From assembly GCA_048940645.1 (NCBI GenBank), contig JBHLOI010000028.1, positions 1 through 46,435 of the forward strand: a stretch of DNA of 46,435 nt, given 5' to 3'. Source of the stretch: Promethearchaeota archaeon (GTDB lineage Archaea > Asgardarchaeota > Lokiarchaeia > Sigyniarchaeales > SOKP01). Shown here piece by piece: positions 38,170 to 46,435 of the stretch (positions within the stretch are counted from its first letter, which is position 1; the number at the start of each line of letters is the position of its first letter). The position numbers and the translations under genes were made by a program. A model generated the notes under the pieces. It searched no databases, was not told the origin of the DNA, and saw only the letters and a list, made by a program, of their open reading frames with translations.

Positions 38170-39771
38170 ATGAAAAAAATTAAAAGAGCATTAGTAAGTG
38201 TTTTTGATAAGAGTGATTTAATTCCTTTTGTATCAAATCTAGTTAAAGATTTTAAAATTGATATTCTATCTACTGGTGGTACTGGAAGACTATTAGAAAA
38301 GAATGGGATTAAATATATAAAAATTTCAGATTACACAGATTCTCCAGAGATGTTTGATGGCAGAGTGAAGACAATCCACCCAAAAATTGCAGGGGGTATC
38401 TTATTTCGAAGGAATTTAGAGAAGGATTTAAAAGACGCTAATAGATATAACATTCCCCCTATTGATATGGTCATTTGTAATTTATATAAATTCAAAGAAG
38501 CAATAACTAAACCGAATATCACTTTAGATGAAGCTCTTGAAATGATTGATATAGGGGGCCCTACAATGATAAGAGCTGCGGCTAAAAATTATCCAGATGT
38601 TATTGTTGTTCCAAGTCCAAAGTACTACAATACAATTTTAGATGAATTAAAAAAGAAAGGGGGGATTAGCGAAGAAATAAGAGCTAAACTTGCTCAAGAA
38701 GTATTTATTATTATGGCAGATTATAATGCTGCAATAGCAGATTATTTGCAATCATACTACAATCCAGATATTAAATTGGGAGATTTCATAAATAAAACAT
38801 ATAGGAAAGTTCAAGATTGCCGTTACGGAGAAAACTGGGATCAAGAAGCTGCTTATTATCTTGACGTATCAACTAAATATGGACTTCAAAGTTTTAATCA
38901 ACTTGGTGGAAAACAAATCTCATTCAATAATTATCTAGATATCGATTCTTGTATTCAAATGCTACTAGATTTTGGCAAAGATCATAATGTCACTGCAATT
39001 TTGAAGCATACATCTCCAAATGGAGTTGCTATAGATAAAACAGATTTATTACAATCAGTAAAAAGGGCTTACAGTTGTGACCCTCTATCAGCTTTTGGAG
39101 GAGTTTGGGGTGTCAATCAAAAACTTACAAAAGAAGTAGCAGATTTTATCATTAATAAAGAAAAAATTTTTGTAGAAGTATTATTAGCTCCAGAATTTGA
39201 AGATAAAGCTTTAGACATATTGAAACAAAAAGAAAACATGAGAATTCTTGAATATGGAAACTTTCTTGACAAAAGGGATGAAGTCTATAAGCAATTAGAA
39301 ATACGTACAACTTTAGGAGGAGCTCTTATTCAAGAGTATGATTTTAAACCCATTATTAAGGAATGGAAAGTTGTCAGCAAAAGGAATGTTGATACTGATG
39401 AAAAGGAAGCTTTGATTTTTGCCTATAAAGTTTCAAAATGGGCGAAATCAAATTCTGCTTCTTTTGTTCAAGTATATAAAAATGGTATTTATACAATTGG
39501 TATTGGTGCGGGACAACAATCAAGGATTCATGTGGTTAAGCTTGCAGCTCAAAAAGCAATAGAATTTGGGCATAAAGATGAGCTGAAAGACTCAATGATG
39601 GGAACTGACTCCTTTTTTCCTTTTCCAGATGGATTAGAGGCTGCTGCGAAAGCGGGGGCGAAAGCTATAATTAATCCTGGGGGGTCAATCAGAGATAGTG
39701 AAGTTATTCAGAAAGCTGATGAATTAAATTGTGCATTGGTATTTTGCGGTAAAAGAGTATTTCGGCATTGA
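38170..39771 (+). CDS. purH: Bifunctional AICAR transformylase/IMP cyclohydrolase
   Basis: RALVSVFDK, STGGT, GRVKTIHP, IDIGGPTMIRAAAKN, RYGEN, KH, SAFGG, PGGSIRD, FRH end. Confidence 0.96.
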   Translation: MKKIKRALVSVFDKSDLIPFVSNLVKDFKIDILSTGGTGRLLEKNGIKYIKISDYTDSPEMFDGRVKTIHPKIAGGILFRRNLEKDLKDANRYNIPPIDMVICNLYKFKEAITKPNITLDEALEMIDIGGPTMIRAAAKNYPDVIVVPSPKYYNTILDELKKKGGISEEIRAKLAQEVFIIMADYNAAIADYLQSYYNPDIKLGDFINKTYRKVQDCRYGENWDQEAAYYLDVSTKYGLQSFNQLGGKQISFNNYLDIDSCIQMLLDFGKDHNVTAILKHTSPNGVAIDKTDLLQSVKRAYSCDPLSAFGGVWGVNQKLTKEVADFIINKEKIFVEVLLAPEFEDKALDILKQKENMRILEYGNFLDKRDEVYKQLEIRTTLGGALIQEYDFKPIIKEWKVVSKRNVDTDEKEALIFAYKVSKWAKSNSASFVQVYKNGIYTIGIGAGQQSRIHVVKLAAQKAIEFGHKDELKDSMMGTDSFFPFPDGLEAAAKAGAKAIINPGGSIRDSEVIQKADELNCALVFCGKRVFRH

Positions 39772-39856
39772 AATTTAAGTTAAAATGTGCCAAAATATCT
39801 TTTGAATAATTCTAATTTCTCATGATATCACGATTTTACATAATTTCTTATTAGAA

Positions 39857-39873
39857 GAAAAAAACTTTATAAA
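39857..39873 (+). promoter_or_regulatory. Archaeal BRE/TATA-like promoter for the 39935 gene
   Basis: A-rich run GAAAAAAAC followed directly by TTTATAAA, about 60 nt before the ATG. The AT-rich background limits certainty. Confidence 0.45.
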
Positions 39874-39934
39874 TATCTAAATATAACTAAATATACGACT
39901 TATTAAGTATTAATTATCCCTAAGCGAATATCTT

Positions 39935-40219
39935 ATGGACTTCTTCTTAAAAAATTTAAAAGAAACTCTTGATGCTATTAATAAATTAATAGATAATAAT
40001 GTCACTGTAGTAAATACTAAGAGAATCAGAAGATGCAATAACATAAAATCTTCAAATCGATCAAAAATAAACTTTATATGGCGATCATTAGATTATCTTG
40101 AAAAAGAGGGCATTTTAGAGGTAAATGGTTCTTTTAGTCCAAGAACCTATAAAATAAAATTAAACGAAAGAATAAATGTTGATAAACTAATAACTCAAAT
40201 TAAAAAAGAACGACTATAA
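39935..40219 (+). CDS. Small basic winged-helix-like hypothetical protein
   Basis: IWRSLDYLEKEGILEV...PRTYKI resembles a recognition helix plus wing. 6-bp convergent overlap with the next gene. Confidence 0.6.
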   Translation: MDFFLKNLKETLDAINKLIDNNVTVVNTKRIRRCNNIKSSNRSKINFIWRSLDYLEKEGILEVNGSFSPRTYKIKLNERINVDKLITQIKKERL

Positions 40220-42946
40220 TAATTTTAATTGTTCTAATAAACTTTCAAGTTTTTTCTTACTTTCATCATGACTTGGATTAGTTATTAATCTTTTTTGGTA
40301 AAAGAGAATGCTTCCATATTTTAATTCTATATCGTTGAATAGTTTGATCCAAGATGTAAATTGTTTTAAATTTTCTTGTACTTCTGGGTCATCCTCAAAT
40401 AATTTGATATCTTCTTTTTTATCTGTTGAGGAAATCATCATCTTATATTTTTTCATCGAGTATCCCTGTTTTTTTAACAATTGAATATTTACATTCCGTA
40501 TAAAGGCTTCTAATCCACTTCTCCATCTAACATACTGTTCATTTATTCTATCAATTGATTCTTGAATCTCTTTTATCTCATACGGAAAAATTGTTTCATT
40601 GCTTTTTGTTAAAATCTTTTTAATTTTATGGAACTCCAAATTAAAAATATAATTATAACTATCTACAGTTTTTTCAAACTGTTTTAACATAATATTATAA
40701 TCTTGGGCGAATAATACTTCATAACTTGAGAATGTGAGGTTTTTTTCATCATAACTTCCTTTTAAAATTTTTTTATTTAACATTTTTTCAAGAATTGCAC
40801 GTAATAATTCAATATCTTTCTCTGATAATTCTTTACCATAGAACAGATCATGAAAAGAAAATATAGAGCTATTTTGGAGTATTAGTTTTTCAATACCTTT
40901 TTGGGTATAAAATTTTTTCTCTTCATCATCCTTATAAAAAATTCCCTTAATTTCTCCATCATTCTGCATTTCTTTTAACAAACTTTCAACTAAGCTTGAA
41001 GTTATATCAATATCTCCAAGTAAAATGTGATCTTGAGTTTTCGATTTATTTATTAATTCAGTTCTTATTTCTTTTTCAGCTTCTTTTATTTTATTTTCAT
41101 TGAAAAGTAAAATATCCCCTTTTTTTAAATATTTAACTCCTAGATCATCTATAAATTCAAAAAATAATCTATCAGACATTCCTGTTTTTTCAAGATATTC
41201 AATGATAACAATTTTGTCTTGTTGTTTTATATCTTCACCAATAAGTTTGAGATTTTCATCAATTTTTGCTAATATAATATCCTTTTGAATGTTTAATTCT
41301 TCTGTTATTTTTAATATTTGACTTTCTTTTTCTTTATTATCAGTTAGCTTATTGATTTTCTCAATTTTATCATTTAAAAATTTTGAATAATAAAATATAT
41401 TTTTTTCTTTGTTAAAAATGCCACTTCTGTTATCGATATAATGATCTAAAACATCAACTAATAAAATTTTATTAATTCCTAATTTTTCAGAAATTTTAGG
41501 TATTGATAAATATCCTAAAATTTTGGAATTTTCAATTTCATTCTTAATTTTCATTAATCCTAAATTCGTTAATAAAATTGTTCCCTTACGATATTTTGTC
41601 AAATAATCCTTTGGAAGATTTCTTATTAATTTAATGAAACTTTTTTCAGTTAATAATTCACGGTAAAGTTTTATATCCACAATACTATCTTTTGAAGCTT
41701 TAGAATTAATTTCTTGCTTTATTGTTTTTAAAGAATAAAATGCTGTATTATTTTTAGCTAATAATAATTTTTGGTTATTAGAGTTAGAAATATATTTAAT
41801 AATTTTTTTTATCAATCCGAATGGCAAGTAGTTAAATTGTTCAAGGATAATATTTCCTTGATTCTTTATACTTGTTTCAAGCTCGCTTTTTAAATAACTA
41901 TAAGGATAAAAGTATCCTAACTCTGAAAAATAACCATTTATTTGCTTTAACTTTAATAAGGTTTTAACTATATATTTTAATTCTATTTCGGATTCGATGA
42001 TACTAAGAAAGTCTTTAATTGATTGTATTGAAATTCTTTTTTCTTGCTCGAAAAAGTTAATTAATTTTTGTTTTTCAATTTCATAAAAATATATTTCATT
42101 GGTTTCTTTATTTTTGGTGTAAAAATAAATCTCTTCCTTCCCAAAACGAGAATTTTTAATTTTTTCTATGAACTCCTTTAATTGAATATTAATTTGCCTA
42201 CTTAAACTTGTAAAATTGAATTTTTTTATGATTAATCGATTATTAATTAATTCATAAATTTCTTTAATACTTAGAGCTTCAAGGTTGAGATTTTTAAAAG
42301 GCCCATAAAATTTTTTACAGAGTCCTACTAATACATTATGAAAGATTGATTCTTTTTTTCCGGAAAATAATGTAGATATTTTATGTACTCCTTTCCTAAA
42401 CCAAAATATCTCATTAAAATAAAAATTATCGCATCCACTAAGAAATTCTAAAAGCGAATAGAGATTAACTTCATTTTGTTCCTCTAAAAGAGCCCTTAAT
42501 ATATTTTCTTTATAATTACATAGTATTTTAGGTTTAATTTTTACGATCTCTTGAAGAAAGTAATAAGCATTCTCTTTTATATCTGGATTTTTATCTTTTA
42601 AAGCTAGAATAAAATCTAATAAATAATTATTAATATATTCTGGATTTGCAATCATTGCAAAACCTAATATAATTACGGCATTTAATCTTAATTTTAATTC
42701 AGGAGAATTTTGAAACTCTTGAACCTTTTCAATTATACCTTTAGATATAAATTCAAAATTCTCTTCTGCTAAAACACTTAGAATATAAGTAACTGGAACA
42801 TCCAAACCATCCTCATTTAAAAGACTTTTTAATTCCTCAACGAGTTTTAATACTTTCTCAACTTTATTTTTGCTTAAATATTTATTTAATCTCCCAACGA
42901 TACTCTCAAGGATATCATTATCTTTAAATTCTTCCAGATTAAACAT
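40214..42946 (-). CDS. HEAT-repeat plus tandem PCI-like winged-helix protein (UFL1/DDRGK1-like)
   Basis: N-terminal HEAT-like helices (LKDKNPDIKENAYYFL). Recurrent G-x-F...F/Y-Y wing motifs: INGYFSELGYFY, SGIFNKEKNIFYY, IKGIFYKDDEEKKFY, LKGSYDEKNLTF. Confidence 0.65.
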   Translation of the reverse strand: MFNLEEFKDNDILESIVGRLNKYLSKNKVEKVLKLVEELKSLLNEDGLDVPVTYILSVLAEENFEFISKGIIEKVQEFQNSPELKLRLNAVIILGFAMIANPEYINNYLLDFILALKDKNPDIKENAYYFLQEIVKIKPKILCNYKENILRALLEEQNEVNLYSLLEFLSGCDNFYFNEIFWFRKGVHKISTLFSGKKESIFHNVLVGLCKKFYGPFKNLNLEALSIKEIYELINNRLIIKKFNFTSLSRQINIQLKEFIEKIKNSRFGKEEIYFYTKNKETNEIYFYEIEKQKLINFFEQEKRISIQSIKDFLSIIESEIELKYIVKTLLKLKQINGYFSELGYFYPYSYLKSELETSIKNQGNIILEQFNYLPFGLIKKIIKYISNSNNQKLLLAKNNTAFYSLKTIKQEINSKASKDSIVDIKLYRELLTEKSFIKLIRNLPKDYLTKYRKGTILLTNLGLMKIKNEIENSKILGYLSIPKISEKLGINKILLVDVLDHYIDNRSGIFNKEKNIFYYSKFLNDKIEKINKLTDNKEKESQILKITEELNIQKDIILAKIDENLKLIGEDIKQQDKIVIIEYLEKTGMSDRLFFEFIDDLGVKYLKKGDILLFNENKIKEAEKEIRTELINKSKTQDHILLGDIDITSSLVESLLKEMQNDGEIKGIFYKDDEEKKFYTQKGIEKLILQNSSIFSFHDLFYGKELSEKDIELLRAILEKMLNKKILKGSYDEKNLTFSSYEVLFAQDYNIMLKQFEKTVDSYNYIFNLEFHKIKKILTKSNETIFPYEIKEIQESIDRINEQYVRWRSGLEAFIRNVNIQLLKKQGYSMKKYKMMISSTDKKEDIKLFEDDPEVQENLKQFTSWIKLFNDIELKYGSILFYQKRLITNPSHDESKKKLESLLEQLKLL

Positions 42947-42965
42947 TATTACGTTATTTTAATAC

Positions 42966-43691
42966 TTAATCTAATATGAATTTTTTGAATGGTTCAATTT
43001 CCAGAAGAGTTTTAATTTCTTTAATAATAACTGTTGGTTTAGATTCTTCCAAATCCCCTTTAACTCCATGACCACTTAATAAAGCAATACTATTGATTCC
43101 AGCATTTTTTGCTGTTTTAACATCTGTTGGGAGGTCTCCTATGAAGTAAACATTATCCCTTCTAATTGGAATCTTAAATTTCATTTTAATATACTTTAAA
43201 GCTAATAGGATAGGGTAAGGATTAGGTTTTCTATAGGGTGTGTTATCTCTAGAAATATAGATTGAAAAATAGTTATCCAAATCTAATTTTTCCCTAAAGA
43301 AATTTAACCGGGCCTCACTAGTGTTTGAAACTATGCCTAATGGAAATCCGTTTGCCTTTAATTTCACTAAAACCTTTTTTAAATCACGTTTTAAAGTCTC
43401 ATATTTTTCATACTTTGGATAAGAACGTCTATATTTCATAAAAAAGAAAATTCTTCTCCACCTACTTGGTATATACTTCTTATATACTTTATAGGCACGA
43501 ATTAAAGCTTTGATTCTATTTTTAGAATCTGCTTCTTCAAAAAGTCGTGCAAAGTCTATTAATCTTAGATTTTCAATGTTTTGAAATCTATAAAATCTTT
43601 TTTTTAATAACTTTAAGGCTACATATTCAAGAGCTTTCTGTGTAATTACAACACCATCAAAATCAAATAACAATATAGGAGTATACGACAT
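42966..43691 (-). CDS. HAD-superfamily hydrolase (phosphoglycolate phosphatase-like)
   Basis: FDFDG, SNT, KPNP, GDLPTD. Confidence 0.92.
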   Translation of the reverse strand: MSYTPILLFDFDGVVITQKALEYVALKLLKKRFYRFQNIENLRLIDFARLFEEADSKNRIKALIRAYKVYKKYIPSRWRRIFFFMKYRRSYPKYEKYETLKRDLKKVLVKLKANGFPLGIVSNTSEARLNFFREKLDLDNYFSIYISRDNTPYRKPNPYPILLALKYIKMKFKIPIRRDNVYFIGDLPTDVKTAKNAGINSIALLSGHGVKGDLEESKPTVIIKEIKTLLEIEPFKKFILD

Positions 43692-43916
43692 TTGTATTAC
43701 TTAAAATTTAATTTTATTCTTAAATCTAATCATTCAATTAATAATATGATTGAAATATTCTTATATCGAAAAAAACAGAGTTCTAATTAATCTTTTACTA
43801 TTGAGGATATTATTTAATGTATAAGAAGGTTTTTTAAATAGAATTTCTAATATAATGTTAATAAACCGTTTATTTAATAAAAATTAATATATAGCAAAAA
43901 AAAGTGTTTATTAACA

Positions 43917-44579
43917 ATGTCTGAAAAAAAAACTAAATCTGTGACTGAAGTTAAACTTCGCTCCTATCCGAAAGTAATCTTTTTATATCCCTTATTGATT
44001 GCTAGTTTCATCCTTTGGCTATTACAAATGGTTGTTGGAGAACCCGAAGCATGGTTTGGAAATATATGGATGATTATATTCTTTGTTAATTTGTTTATAA
44101 TGGCTTTTGACTTCTCTTCAACGAAATTTTTCTTACTAATATTGGCTGTAGTAATTATTATATTATTGTTAATATTTTTATTACCTGGTGGCCTTTTACC
44201 TCCGGGAGCATTTGATTTTAATCTAGGATTAACTGCTGAATTTTACCTTATAGTGACCATTGTATTTGCATTTATTTTGGGATTAGTTGTTATTGGAGCT
44301 CAATTTGATTACTGGAAGATTGAACGAAATGAAATTTATCATAAGGCAGGAATATTCACTTCCGCAGAAAGAATTCCAACTAAGAGTTTAAGAATTAGAA
44401 AGGAAATTCCTGATGTATTCGAATTCTTTGTTTTAAGAGCGGGATCTATTACACTCATGCCAGGACACGGTGATGTTATTCCCTTAAATACTGTATTAAA
44501 TGTTAACAAAAAGTCAGAACAAATTGATTGGCTTTTGAGTCATATAAGCATGGAACCCGATGAATTAGACTCTGTATAA
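43917..44579 (+). CDS. Hypothetical 4-TM membrane protein with a soluble C-terminal beta (bPH-like) domain
   Basis: Four hydrophobic segments, then YWKIERNEIYHKAGIF...GSITL. Confidence 0.65.
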   Translation: MSEKKTKSVTEVKLRSYPKVIFLYPLLIASFILWLLQMVVGEPEAWFGNIWMIIFFVNLFIMAFDFSSTKFFLLILAVVIIILLLIFLLPGGLLPPGAFDFNLGLTAEFYLIVTIVFAFILGLVVIGAQFDYWKIERNEIYHKAGIFTSAERIPTKSLRIRKEIPDVFEFFVLRAGSITLMPGHGDVIPLNTVLNVNKKSEQIDWLLSHISMEPDELDSV

Positions 44580-44658
44580 GAGAGAATTCATAAACTAAAA
44601 CGTTAAATAATTCTATTTTTTTATTTTTTTATTTTAGCTTTAATTCAAAAAGGTAAGT

Positions 44659-45423
44659 TTAAAAATTAAAGTATTGCCAGACAGATTGTACCATTCTGTA
44701 AGAAAGAGCTATTTGTTGATTTCCTTGATTACTTATTCCCATATGACCAGGAAGTAGATACTTCACATCTAAATTATTAGCAAATTTAATTGATTCTGTT
44801 AAAATTTTTAATGAGCCTCCGGGGAAGTCATAACGACCAAAACTTCCTCCAGTAAATACCAAATCCCCGGGAATTAATACTTTTTTACTTGACTCGTAAT
44901 AAGATATTGAACCTAATGAATGTCCAGGTGTATAATATATTTGAAATTTAAAATCTTCATTCACATCTATAGATTTTAAATCAATTAAGTCTTTTACTTT
45001 TAAAGGAACAATACTGACATCAAACATACTAGGTCCTATACCAAGATTACCGGGAAAAATTTTTGATTCATCTCCATTCTGTAGAATTTTGGCAGTTTCT
45101 CCATATGCATAAATTTCTGGAGGATCATCTTTTAATAAATTCATTAAAGGATAAAGACCAAGAACATGATCGACGTGTTCATGAGTTAAATAAATTCTTT
45201 TTATATTTTTAATTTCTAAACTTAACTCTTTCATCCCTTCTACTAATCCTTTTAAAGAAATTCCATTCCCTGCATCAAAAAGAGCCAAATCATTGGATTC
45301 AGAATCTCTAATTATATATTGATTACAATCCAACATAGGATTTTCATTAAAGAAGTATAAATTATCAATGACTTGCTTGCCTTTTTTTTTTGAACCACTA
45401 ATTCCAGAGAAAAACATATTCAA
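44659..45423 (-). CDS. MBL-fold metallo-hydrolase (glyoxalase II-like)
   Basis: THEHVDH, TPGHS, GD, GRYDFPGGS, PGH. Confidence 0.92.
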   Translation of the reverse strand: MNMFFSGISGSKKKGKQVIDNLYFFNENPMLDCNQYIIRDSESNDLALFDAGNGISLKGLVEGMKELSLEIKNIKRIYLTHEHVDHVLGLYPLMNLLKDDPPEIYAYGETAKILQNGDESKIFPGNLGIGPSMFDVSIVPLKVKDLIDLKSIDVNEDFKFQIYYTPGHSLGSISYYESSKKVLIPGDLVFTGGSFGRYDFPGGSLKILTESIKFANNLDVKYLLPGHMGISNQGNQQIALSYRMVQSVWQYFNF

Positions 45424-45521
45424 AAACTTAAGGTTTGCAAAAATAAAAATATCTTTCTTTTAATGTTTTTCCTTTCAGAATTATAAAAAATAATTAATTT
45501 TAAAAAAATCAATTATTAATT

Positions 45522-45932
45522 ATGAAAAATGGATCTTCATATTACGAAAATATAGAGGATTTAAAATCAAAAATTGGATTTGGAATAAAATTTTGGTTAG
45601 AATTTCAAAATGATAAACGTAAAAATATATTAGGTTCAGGATGGGCAAAATTGTTGGAAAATATTGATAATACCGAAAAAAATGAAACTAAGTCTTTAAC
45701 TTTAGCTGCAAAAGAATGTGGATATTCATATAAATATGCTTGGAATATTATAAAAAGGATTGAAGATAGAACAGGCATGTCTCCTGTAGAAACCAGTAAA
45801 GGAGGCCGTGGAGGTGGAGGTTGGATTAAATTGAACGAATGGGGTAAGTATCTATTAAAAACTTATCGAAATCTACTTTTTGAATTAATAGAAATTGAGA
45901 AAAAGCTTGAAAAATCCTTTAAAATAGATTAA
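45522..45932 (+). CDS. ModE-type N-terminal wHTH regulator (no TOBE domain)
   Basis: SLTLAAKECGYSYKYAW...VETSKGGRGGGG..LNEWG. Confidence 0.88.
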   Translation: MKNGSSYYENIEDLKSKIGFGIKFWLEFQNDKRKNILGSGWAKLLENIDNTEKNETKSLTLAAKECGYSYKYAWNIIKRIEDRTGMSPVETSKGGRGGGGWIKLNEWGKYLLKTYRNLLFELIEIEKKLEKSFKID

Positions 45933-46026
45933 TAATTAAATTTTAATTTTAACAATTATTATTTAATTTAAGAAAATTGACAATATTTCTAATTTTATAT
46001 CAATAAGCACTTAACAGGAAAATTTT

Positions 46027-46435
46027 ATGGACGATAAACTCCAAAAATTTAATGAAGTAAAAGTTACTGAATTCATGATAAAGAATCCATTATATACGAG
46101 CCCTAATGAGAAGATAAGTACTACTGAGCTTTTAATGTTAAGAAAGAATGTAGGCTGTCTTCCTGTTGTTAATAATTCTAAAAGCAAGAAAGTAATTGGA
46201 ATAATAAGTCAAAGAGATATTCGATTAGCTCGATTTGCTATGAATTTGGAATCTCCAAACACAAGAGTAAGAGATTTAATGACTCCCGATCCTATTATTG
46301 CTAAAAAAACAGATTCATTAACTCAAATATTGGAAAAATTAGTAAAACATGATATCGAGCGATTACCTGTTATAAACGATAATGAAGAATTAATTGGTTT
46401 CATTACAAAACAATCCATTATTGAAACAATTTACA
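46027..46435 (+). CDS. CBS-pair protein, 3'-truncated by the window edge (not in the ORF track)
   Basis: Own translation: MDDKLQKFNEVKVTEFMIKNP...VGCLPVV...IGIISQRDI...VRDLMTPDP...IERLPVINDNEELIGFITKQSI. Confidence 0.9.
   Translation, partial: MDDKLQKFNEVKVTEFMIKNPLYTSPNEKISTTELLMLRKNVGCLPVVNNSKSKKVIGIISQRDIRLARFAMNLESPNTRVRDLMTPDPIIAKKTDSLTQILEKLVKHDIERLPVINDNEELIGFITKQSIIETIY

Noticed and set aside
4026-41288. Short ORFs from the track nested in longer genes (e.g. 4026-4247, 4802-5023, 4949-5131, 6046-6405, 13960-14334, 18658-19002, 19573-19947, 23699-24046, 27964-28251, 37605-37817, 41100-41288)
   Set aside because: They are antisense or off-frame shadows of well-supported genes, with Ser/Ile/Phe-rich composition and no motifs.
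1-46435. Selenocysteine/pyrrolysine readthrough, programmed frameshifts, inteins (including in RadA)
   Set aside because: The TGA/TAG stops I checked fall at natural family C-termini. The RadA core is uninterrupted, and I saw no split gene pairs.
1-46435. CRISPR arrays, tRNA/rRNA, IS elements, provirus or defence island
   Set aside because: Intergenic gaps are short and AT-rich, with no spaced repeats or GC-rich structured segments. No transposase, integrase or capsid-like ORF was recognised.

Overview
Gene-dense, strongly AT-rich archaeal chromosomal segment. It most plausibly comes from an Asgard archaeon of the Lokiarchaeia/Promethearchaeota type, judged from archaeal RadA, ComDE and ADP-forming acyl-CoA synthetase beta occurring with several eukaryote-signature-like proteins. 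About 39 CDS are supported, two of them cut by the window edges. I saw no rRNA, tRNA, CRISPR array or mobile element. Housekeeping content: an amino-sugar nucleotide operon, LarA, dCMP deaminase, aspartokinase, a PGI-like protein, a P-type IIA ATPase, GuaB, PurH, and HAD and MBL hydrolases. The most interesting signals are: (i) a 910-aa HEAT plus tandem winged-helix protein that by eye looks like a colinear natural DDRGK1-UFL1 (UFM1 E3 ligase) fusion; (ii) a 1575-aa single-pass surface receptor-like protein with cytoplasmic longin-like, wHTH and tandem MIT-like modules, about 1 kb from a Roadblock-Rab GTPase fusion; (iii) a cluster of an intact Rpn11/CSN5-like JAMM protease fused to a TPR/SNAP-like solenoid, a PCI-like protein, a multi-zinc-finger protein and a TPR protein; (iv) RadA with an added N-terminal zinc finger and a repeat-expanded acidic linker; (v) comDE divergent from twin Zn-dehydrogenases; (vi) a degenerate trans-prenyltransferase. 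All domain calls come from motif recognition by eye. No searches were run.
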